A stretch of 64,000 nt of DNA, taken from contig JADEYG010000005.1 in the NCBI GenBank assembly GCA_016906335.1, positions 186,001-250,000 on the forward strand, read 5' to 3'. Position numbers and translations under genes: made by a program. A model generated the notes under the pieces. That model searched no databases and was not told where the DNA came from. It was given only the letters and a program-made list of their open reading frames with translations. Shown piece by piece: positions 54,637 through 64,000 of this stretch; within the stretch, counting starts at the first letter, position 1, and the number at the start of each line of letters is the position of its first letter. This DNA is from Novakomyces olei. Taxonomy: Eukaryota.

Positions 54637-56143
54637 ATGATGCAAAGTTGGCTGGCTGAGCGGAATGTCGTAGCACTCCGAGCAGCGGGAATTGAACGGG
54701 GATTTGACAAAAATCTGCGCTGTGCTGCCTGGACTGTAATTCTGGAACAAGAGTGTCCGCTGGACGGCGAAAACGAGACCGTCCATGACGAATCACAAAT
54801 TCATCAGGTAGAGCTTGATGTAGCGCGGTCTTTTACCAAATGGAGCTCGCACTACAGCGAACAAGATTTGCAGTCGCGCCGTGGTGATTTGCTGGAGTTG
54901 ATGACCAGAGTACTGGACCGAAACCGCGATCTGCATTACTACCAAGTAAGCGCAACAATTAAAGTTCAAAATTGACTAGTTTGCAGGGTTACCATGACGT
55001 GTGCGAGCTCGTGTTATTGTCCTGTGGGCCGGAAAGTTTGGGAGTTGTGGAGCGGCTGAGTTTGATTCATCTACGGGGTAAACCAAGGCAATTGTTTATT
55101 CTAATTAATTTAATAATTAATTAATTTAATTTATTTTTAATCTATTTTTTATTTTATATTCTTATTCTTTGGTACTTAATTCTTTTTGCTCTGTTCAATT
55201 TCGATATATCTTCTTAACCGCTTTACCGTTCATGCTAATAAACAGACTTTATGTGTAGAGATATGCAGCCCGTTATGTGTATGATGGAGACTATACGGCT
55301 TATAATAAAGGCAGAGGAGCCGGAAGCCTTTCGAATATTAGACATGACGGGTTTAGGATTAACTTTTACGATATCATGGCTTTTGACCTGGTTTTCCCAT
55401 GATATTGATGACAAGCCAAAGCTAAATAGACTGTTTGATTTTCTTATTTGTTCCAGGTCACGAATGATCTTGTATGTGATTGCCGCGGTAAGTCTGTTCC
55501 TGGCTCTCCTTCGTCGCGTGCAAAAACTTTGCCATATTGCCAGTCTATTCTGGCTTCTTTCCAACTAGCCATTTTACATCATGTCTATCATACGCGTATC
55601 ATCTAATTTTTATATTGGAGATAAAGCTAAATAATTTGACTCTTTAGTTTTGATTATATATTTAAATTTTAATTGTAATTCTGTCTTGTCCATATTTTTT
55701 ATTTTCTTTTGAACTTTTCCTTTTGTCGACTTGCTAATAATTAGGAGGTAATTGAGCGGACAAGGTGTGCTAAACGCGAAGGCATTGACAACTTGGAAGA
55801 CATGCAAATTCTACTTTTCAAGTCAGAGGCTTTAAAAGATATTGAGCATGTTCTTGGAAATGCCTTGCATTTTGCCAAGAAGCACTCGTTTTCTAGTCTA
55901 CCTAAAGGCGATAGACCGAATTTCGGAATCCATGAGCTTCGGTATAGTGCAATGTGCACCTCTGAGTATACACAAAGAAGCCTGATAAAAACCTACTTGA
56001 CTGTTTTTGAAGAAGAGATTGACAACGTCAAATTGTCTGCTGGTGTTCCGCCTCAAGAACCTGGCTGGCATCCTTTTTTTATGGCTGCCGTTCTGTTTGG
56101 CATAGTATCCTGGACGACATTCTTACACATGAACTCGAAATAA
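54637..56143 (+). CDS. TBC-domain Rab GAP (Gyp8/TBC1D20-like), multi-exon, C-terminal TM helix
   Basis: QVELDVARSF; LHYYQGYHDV; FTISWLLTWFSHDI; RLFDFLI. Confidence 0.85.
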
Positions 56144-56452
56144 AGGGGAAATAAGAAATAAAATGGCAATAAAATAAGAGGAGCATCATAGAAGCACTAG
56201 ACATCTCAAATAAAAAACCATAAGCCTGTTGAACCAAACGGACAAGGCAATACAGCCGAGATATATAAATAAATTTTTAGACAAGATTGGCTTTATATAG
56301 TAAATAGTATATTCAAATCTAAATCAAAAACTCCAATCTTATAAATCCGTTCGCCCCTTCCTCATACTGAAATCATCATGCAAACCCGAATCCTCCCGTA
56401 CTGTATGCTACGTACATTGAATATCTTTATTTAAAAATGAATGTATACACAA

Positions 56453-58102
56453 TCACGAATCTTCATCGTCACTTGGCTCATTAATCTTCAACTGCTTCAG
56501 TCTTAGAGCCAGAAGCGATTGTTTAATAGGCGAGGGCATAGCAGAACTGCTCGAGGATGAAAACGACCCGACCGTTTCTCCGTTGAATTTGGCAAATTCC
56601 GATTGGCTTCTCTTGAAGACCAAAGGATCGAGATTGTTCTCAAACCGGTCGTTTCCGTCAAACAAACAAGACGAGTCTTGAGCTTGCGGCTGCCCTTCCC
56701 TTCCTGTTTCTTTTCGTTCTTGATCTCGTAATTGAATGATCCTCGTCCTTGTAGCATTCGACTGCTTTTTATACTCTGCCATGCCACTATCATCAGGCTC
56801 CCTGTCGGCCGTCATTGGCTTCCAATAAATATATTTAGGGTTCTGGTACTGTGTAACGACGTGCAATCGCTCTTTCCCGTCCGGCACACGATTGGCAAAG
56901 ACGACTTTTTGGACCCCGTGAACGTAATATTTACTGCTAGCCGTTGAACAAAGCTGAAGCTGAATTGCGTAGCGTAAGACTTCCTTCCCATCGCTGACAG
57001 AGTAATGTTTTTGCCGGATCATTGTCCGCGAGCTCGCGGGCATATCCGAACAATCGTACTGAATGAGAAACAATTTCAAGGCTGTTTTGTTCACATTTTG
57101 TAAAATAATCTGGATCTGTCCCCGTTGAGGGACACGGTACATATTGCGCTGGTGCCGTACACGTCCCCGCTTCGCTCCAGAGCCCTTTGACCGCTGGTTT
57201 CGTTTGGCAGACGACTCCAATTGCCGCTGGGACATAGCGTGTGAAATATCAATGTGGCCCACGTATGGCGAAGGGCTATCGTAATCCGGAACCTGGTAAT
57301 AGTACGCATTAAAGTCAACGGTTAAATGGGGCGGGCACCGTAGCGAAGCCGGCCCACATTTCTCGTGCCCCAGCACGCCCAGTCTAGCAATAAACCCTAA
57401 GGGTTTAGAGGGCAGAGTGGACATGCGTCCGTTTAAAATGCTCTCTTCGTACGATCCCACAAAGGACCCGAAAGGCTGCTCAATGCAGCCCGACGAAATA
57501 GAAACGCGTCTTGACTTGTTTCCCATTGGCGCATAAGGCACGTGCGACGATAGAGGCCTCGAATAAAGTGTTTGAGGGCTGCTTTCGTCTCGCAAAGATC
57601 TGACGAGCGGAGAAGAAGGACTGCGAAACGGAGTCTGACTGTGATTGTGACTGTGACTTTGATGGCTATTGTGGTTATTATTATTGTGGTTAATATGGTG
57701 GTGCTGAAACTGCCGAAACTGCTCTATCGGACTGAGGCAAGAATAATTGTTAAAATGAGGCGGCGGAGTAGTGGAAAGCAAGTGGGCCCCGTACTTTTCT
57801 CGAGCGTCTCTTTTGGCTTCGTCTTCGCCTCCGAAAACGCCACGGTGGAGCGGCAGGCAGGTTCCTTGCTGGTCCATTTTTTTCCCCATCTTCAGCTGTC
57901 TGACGGTGAAACGCTGATCCTGAGGAGAAAAGACCTCGCGGGCCAAGCTTTCCTCCAAATGTACCATTTCGTCATTGTACGACTGGGGCGCTACCATTCG
58001 GACGAGCAAAAGATCAGAGACGAGCACGGCCGTACTCGCACGCAGGTAAAGGCCAAGTAAATTGCTCTGTAGAAAATTGTCAGGCTCTTTTGTAAGTGCC
58101 AA
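56453..58102 (-). CDS. Atos/FAM214-like protein (DUF4210 + Chromosome_seg domains); start uncertain
   Basis: GSFVGSYEESILNGRMS; CPPHL...F.AYYY; PSPYVGHID; YRVPQRGQIQIILQNVNKTALKLFLIQYD; LRYAIQL. Confidence 0.85.
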   Translation of the reverse strand: MALTKEPDNFLQSNLLGLYLRASTAVLVSDLLLVRMVAPQSYNDEMVHLEESLAREVFSPQDQRFTVRQLKMGKKMDQQGTCLPLHRGVFGGEDEAKRDAREKYGAHLLSTTPPPHFNNYSCLSPIEQFRQFQHHHINHNNNNHNSHQSHSHNHSQTPFRSPSSPLVRSLRDESSPQTLYSRPLSSHVPYAPMGNKSRRVSISSGCIEQPFGSFVGSYEESILNGRMSTLPSKPLGFIARLGVLGHEKCGPASLRCPPHLTVDFNAYYYQVPDYDSPSPYVGHIDISHAMSQRQLESSAKRNQRSKGSGAKRGRVRHQRNMYRVPQRGQIQIILQNVNKTALKLFLIQYDCSDMPASSRTMIRQKHYSVSDGKEVLRYAIQLQLCSTASSKYYVHGVQKVVFANRVPDGKERLHVVTQYQNPKYIYWKPMTADREPDDSGMAEYKKQSNATRTRIIQLRDQERKETGREGQPQAQDSSCLFDGNDRFENNLDPLVFKRSQSEFAKFNGETVGSFSSSSSSAMPSPIKQSLLALRLKQLKINEPSDDEDS

Positions 58103-58259
58103 AGTGGCCGAGAAGAGCTCGCCGGTTTGGTCAGGATACCCGATCGGTTATGTCGTCTCGGGTCGATAATAAATTCCTTATCGCGGGTCGCAATTTTCAT
58201 GGGCACAATGTACTGCGATTATTACAGACAAGATACGTATTGAATTACTAGAAATATAC

Positions 58260-58443
<184 letters not shown>

Positions 58444-58496
58444 TTTTTCGATACAACACTGACGGCGCGATCTCGCCTGATTGCTCGACGGGGCCG

Positions 58497-61400
58497 ATGC
58501 CGCGAGAAGAACGGGTTAAAGGCGAATGGCGCCGGCAGCAGTCCGTCCCTTATTCTCGGCAGCCAACGCGCCAAAGCGAAAGACCCGGTTTCGCTGATTT
58601 GAATAATGATATTTTCGTAAGATGACAACAGATTGTGGACAGTACACTAATACGTACCCCCTCAGCAGGACGCCAACCGCAATGAGGGCAATGAAGGCTT
58701 ACGCGGGACTCTGAGAGGTCTGATTGGCCGAGTTGGAGCTTCCGTTTATTCGCTGTTTGGCAGTAGTGCGGCCGAGTCAGTGGCAAAGCATAGACCGCCA
58801 CTAAAGAAATCGTTCACTAGACGATTGGAAGAAGGAGACGCAAGCGAATCTTTGGGCCAAGAAGCGAAACCCGCAAAGAGCAGAGATTTAAATAGTGGAG
58901 ATTTAAATAGTGGAGATTTAAAGAGCAGAGACTTAAAGAGCAGAGACTCGGAGAGCGCGTCAAAGGAGGAAGCAGAGTATGCGCTGAGCCGTACTGACGT
59001 AAACAACGCTATTTCCCAGCGACAGAGGCCACGCAATGGGCCCTCTGAGAATACAGATCAAGTGGAAATCTTACAGGCAAGAGGTAAACGGCCATTTTCC
59101 CGATCGCCTTCACCTGAAACAGCGGGCAAAAGGTTAAAGCACGGAGCTACGGGTCCAATAATCGGCTCTGGTACGGTTCAGAGCGGAATTAAAGATCGGG
59201 AAAGCCGACAGCCTTCCTTTAATTACAGCCGCTCTTTCAATACACCCGCTCTCGGCCCGGGCAAGCACAGTTCCGGGGCTATTTTAGCCGCCTGGAGAGA
59301 GCATCAGCGCCATGTGCAGGAACTACGAGACTTGAATAGGAATGGTATAGAGGAATCCTCACCTAATTCAGCCCTCTGGCTGGGTCCGCTTACATTTACA
59401 CGGCCGGGAGAGCAACGGGGCCGGGTTGACTTACTCGCCAGAGACAGGCATAACTTGAAAGCACTCCGCAAGTTTGACGATGTACTGAAATCACGGTTCC
59501 CGAGCAGAAGGGAGACCTTTCAACGGCAATCCGATTTGAATACGACTAGTACTGATAAAAACAAAAACAAAAATATGCAAATAAATAGCCATGCGCCTAG
59601 AGCGGGCCTTGAAAACGGTGGATATGAGACTGGAAGTCTGCCGCCTTTGAGGCACCAGCGCCATACGTCTCGAGACTTTGTTGCGACAAACGATTTGCCT
59701 GCACAATTGTCTGGGGAAGAAGCAGAATCAGACAATGAAAATGGCAAAAGAAATAAACAAGACATTGCAGCCAATGTATCGATCCGAGCGCCAAGTCGTC
59801 ATGGACACAAGAGGCGGACAAGATCCGTAAAGGCGCTGGCTGATCCGTACGGCGGAGCAAGAGAAAGGGCTCTGGATGATGATGGTCTTCAGGATAGGCG
59901 AAACAGAAATCGGGTAAACGAAGCGGCAGGATCAGTGCCATTGGTGGACAATGAGGAAACGAGCAAAATTGAGCGGCCAGCGGGCGGCCAGTACAGCAGC
60001 CTGAAGGCCTTCTTTGAGCATAATAAAATATCAGTGCCTCCAGAACGGCGGAGGAGACCTGGCTGCTTTTCCGCTCTCGACGAGGATTTAGATCTGATGA
60101 TGGGCGAATCAGACGATGAACATGAACAGAATCCTGCGACCCAGTCACGGGCAAATGCCAATCAAGAGTCTGGCAAAGAAGACAGAATCCAGAACCGGCC
60201 TTTTGCTCCTGTTCCAACGAGTTCCAATGAGGCAAATTCAGGTCAGGTTTTGCCTTTTGCATCGCGCAAGACTGAGCCTTCAAAGCTTGCCTCTGAACCC
60301 GCTAATTCGCCTCTGAGCAAACCGGCTTTCCGTCCAAGGACTCCGCTAGTTACGGAGAACGAGGAACTGGCAGAGTTCCGGAGAAAGAGACGTATTGAGC
60401 AGGCAAACACAGAGTATGCTATCGTGAAACCGAGTGTTCCTCAGCAGAGCAGCAATTTTGCAAGCAATTTTGCCAACAATTCTGCCAGCAACCAACCTTT
60501 TGCTCCGGCAAAAAGCTCAGAGAGTACGTCAGAAATGGCAAAGAAAAGTAAAGATGCAGTAGCAGAAACAGCGGCCGGTTCAGGTCAGCATGCAAAGGAA
60601 AGCAAACCCGGTTTTTCCTTTGGCACAAGCAGTTTTCCAGGCGATAATCGACCGGGATTTTCTTTTAATCAACCCGGATCCGAAACAGCCAATGCAGGCA
60701 AACTGAAGGCTGAATCGGCATTCGGTGCGTCTGACCGAAATAATGCTGCTGCTTTGAGCGCTGGAGCACTCGATCAGAGCGCTAAATATTCTACGGCAGT
60801 TTCGAAAGAGCAATCGACTGTATCGAGCAGTATTGGCGGCGATGGCGAAATCCCAACTCCGCCGTCGTCCAAGGCAGCGTCCTTTGAAGGATACGAAGGC
60901 CGCAGTCCGTTTGCAACGTCTAATATTCCCCAGTCCCAAGTTCAAAGTGGGAAAAGGGGCCACGATAAGCCTGGAAACTTGGATAAAAGTGCCGGCAATA
61001 ACGATCAGGCTACAGGCGAAAAAGCCGTGTTTGAAAACAGAGTTAATAATACTAGCGAGAGCAGTAAAAGCGGATTCCAGTTTGGAAACATGTCGGCCGA
61101 GTCGCCCTTCAAGTTTGGTGGGAATGCCACACTTTCTTTCAAGCCTACACCGCCTGATACATTGGCAGACAAAAGTGGAACAAGTAAGGAAAAAGACGAC
61201 GGCAATAAATCTGACCCTGCGCCCGTAAAGGCGAATGGCTCAAGCGAGGCGAATGGAAACCTGGAAACTCCCGCCTTTTCGTTTGGAGGTGGGCAAAAAG
61301 GTACAAGCAACGCGTTTAGTTTTGGCCAGAATCCTTCTCCACTGAAGGTCAATGGAGGCTCAAATGCCGAGTTTAATACTGGCGCTAGCCCAAGTCTTTT

Positions 61401-62553
61401 GTCTGCAAAGAGCGACAAGAATCCAGTGGGTCAGAGCAATGAGCCCACGTTCAATTTTGGACAGAAAAGGAGCGAAAACGATACCCAGCAAGCAAGTCGG
61501 GAACCGTCAAGCCAGCCGAGTCCAAGTGCATTTTCATTTGCTCAAGAAAAACCTAAAGAAAACAGTCCAGCTTTCAGTTTTGGAGTTCCAGCGTCGTCCA
61601 CTGGCGACAAGGGCCCTTCTTCAAATGCTTTATTTGCAAACAAAGACTCTACAGCCGCCAAACCAGCTTTTACCTTTGGACTGCCGTCAAACGCTTCTGA
61701 ACCAAACGCTTCTGAACCAAACGCTTCTGAACCAAAAGCTTCTGAACCAAAAGCTTCTGAACCAAAAGCGGTGGAACCAAAAGCGGCATTCTCCTTTGCA
61801 GTCGATAGTAAACCCAGCACTGAACCAGTTAAACCAGCTGCAGATTCTGCAAAACCAGTTTTTGGTTTTGGATCTTCTCAGCCGGCATCTGAGGGTAAAC
61901 CAGGCTTCAGTTTTGCTGCTTCTCCAAGCCAGTCTGCCTTTACGAGCACTGGCAGTGCAGAGGCCAAAATCACGGCTCCATCGTTTGCCTTTGGCGCAGG
62001 CTCACAACCTGCCTCTGGGCCAAAAGACTTTAGTTTTTCATTTAAGCCCGCACAGGATTCTGCTGCTCAGTCTTCGGCAGATGGTAAATCATCCACTGCA
62101 GGTTCAGGAGGAGCCTTCAGTTTTGGAGGAGGAGGAGGAGGATTTTCAAATGCTTCTCAGCCACCAAATTCTCCGTTTACCCCATCAAATGCAGCAGCTC
62201 CCTCAACTCCTCAATCGGCTTTTGGCCAGTCTACAGGATTTGGGCAAAGTAGTCCAGGGTTTGGGCAAAGTACAGGGTTTGGACAGTCTACAGGGTTTGG
62301 CCAGTCGGCTCTAGCGCCTTCTCCAGTGCCTCAGTCGCCCCTACCTGCCTTTGGGTCTCAGCCACAGCAACAAAATTCTGCTTTTGCTCCTCAAAACCCG
62401 TCAGTATTTGGCAGTGCTCCAGACGGCGAGCCACAGCAGTCACAGCAGCCGTCTGGGTTCCAATTCAATGTTGGTGCAGCGCCTTCATCGAATGCTAATG
62501 CTCCACCGGGACGCAAAATTGCACCAATGAGAAGGCGGAGAACGGGACGCTGA
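58497..62553 (+). CDS. Nuclear basket FG nucleoporin (Nup124/Nup1/NUP153-like); exon 1 58497-58616
   Basis: Exon 1 MPREE...VPYSR spliced (GTAAG...ACTAAT...CAG) to an amphipathic segment GLRGTLRGLIGRVGASVYSLFG; many FSFG repeats; C-terminal GRKIAPMRRRR. Confidence 0.82.
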
Positions 62554-62860
62554 TTTATTTATTATTACTGTTTAAGCAACAGCAATAATAGACATCATTC
62601 TTTTATTTTCTCTATATTTCTTCAAATGATTATTTTTTTCGTCCATAATTTTGTCCATCAGAACCTGTTTCGAGTCGGGTTACGAGCATAGTCTCACATG
62701 CACGTTTCTACATGATTAATACATTTGTGTAAAATATCAACGCTAAATAATGGTAAAAACAAGTTGTGAATAGTAAAACAATATTTAGAATTAATGTATA
62801 AAGCAGGCTCGAAACAATTATGAACATAATCTTCAGACAATATGGACTAAACCAGCTTGA

Positions 62861-64000
62861 CTAGTTTTCCTGTTCCGGTTCGCGAATCGTAAAAGTCGCA
62901 ATCGCTTTTCTGGGCAGTCAGTACTGGACACATTTATACTTGCAAGCTTACAGTTTGTCGGTATACCAGGATGCGAGGATTTTGCTCCGCTGCTTTTCGT
63001 TCAGCCGAGACCTGGGAAAATCGCCCTTGGCGGTGAAGGAAACGGTATCCAGAATAATCTGGTGCTTTTCCAGCACCGCGTTTATTAGTACAAAGACAAT
63101 AGCCGACAATGCTTGCCGTGGCGTACTGTCCGATATTTCTACGATTGTGTGCACTGATCGACCGGCCTGGAACACGGCACTTCCGCCCTTCAGAATGTAC
63201 CAATGACAGGACTCGATGGTGGCTTCAATGTCAACAGGGAAGTAGAGCAGTCCGTTCAATTCAAACGTGTCCCCAATCGATCCGAGCAGGAACAGCATTT
63301 TGGTGAAAATCGCCGTATTTCCAGGCCCAGAGTGGACTTTGATTGGGTGCAGGAACCCAAGATCCCCGGTCCTGACAAATTTTTGCCCTTGATTTTGATC
63401 AGGAGCGTCCGTTATTTGAGCATTAAATCGAGCAATATCGAAGGGATCAACTGAGCCGTGGAACCCAGTGGCACACGAGTCTGCCGACACCCAAATCTCA
63501 CCGAATTCTCCGTATCTACATAGTGCATTTGTTTCCGGATTAACGATAGCCACAGTCGTTGACGCTGGAACCGTACCAAAGTCATACATAACTAGGCCAA
63601 AGAGCGCAACATTTGCATCGTGCGGGTCCAGCAGCTCTACTAAACCATGACGCAAAGCCCGTCTGTCAAGAATTATGCCCAAAGTTTCGGCAGATACGTA
63701 AGACTGAGCTGTTGTAAAGCAATTGAACATTGACGAATAAACGTTGCTGAAATCAGCAATATCGATATTAGTCGTTCGGAAACATTCTCTCAGCTGATTG
63801 AAGAAGAAGGGCGGTGGACGGGTATCGAACATTGTCATAACATTCCGCAGTTCCTGCAGCTTGTAAGTCTTGTTTGCCGACTTGGACGCGGCATGAGAGA
63901 GAGCCTGTGGCGTTATGTACGTGTCTTTTACTTTGTGCCGTGCAATAATTTGGAACAGTAGTGTCGGGCTCATGGCAAAGTCAAACGGCGTAAGAAACAG
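62861..64000 (-). CDS. DIP2/CPS1/Cmr2-like acyl-AMP ligase-like protein, 3' part only
   Basis: VAIVNPET; EFGEIWV; FVRTGDLGFL; FPVDIEATIE; FPRSRLNEKQRSKILASW; small terminal exon after an intron at ~62950-62911. Confidence 0.85.

Noticed and set aside
59597-62314. Long overlapping ORFs (228 aa antisense; 320 aa alternate frame) within the nucleoporin
   Set aside because: No recognisable motifs; explained by the low-complexity codon usage of the FG-repeat gene

Overview
A gene-dense ascomycete fungal chromosome segment with short GT-AG introns and the standard genetic code. Affinity to Taphrinomycotina is inferred from a Hal3/PPCDC-thymidylate synthase fusion, Sos7 and a Nup124-type C-terminus. 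The first ~5.5 kb is the end of an rDNA unit (partial 18S, ITS1, 5.8S, ITS2, 25S, and an antisense 5S) that runs directly into single-copy genes. About 24 protein genes follow: Ste7/Byr1 MAPKK, DUF3074-like, HRD1, Sos7, a small membrane protein, cyclophilin, F-box, AIM41, ARV1, ATP20, PXA1, SPT4, CENP-P-like, paraoxonase-like, ALO1, RPC40, TMEM184/HFL1-like, APS3, Mms1-like, Hal3-TS fusion, MET5, an SNF2 helicase, GYP8-like, Atos/DUF4210, an FG nucleoporin and a partial DIP2/CPS1-like gene. There is also one intron-containing tRNA-Ser(CGA). Most notable: (1) the PPCDC-TS fusion with MCB boxes in an organism that looks non-Schizosaccharomyces; (2) very long (AAT)n tracts found only between divergent gene starts; (3) a tRNA-Ser with a non-canonical tertiary core; (4) in-frame minisatellite expansions inside the sulfite reductase hemoprotein domain; (5) a ~1 kb ORF-poor region with a TAACCCTAACCC motif and helices, a speculative structured ncRNA or telomerase RNA candidate. 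No transposons or CRISPR arrays were seen. All gene names come from motif recognition, not database searches, and intron boundaries were read by eye.
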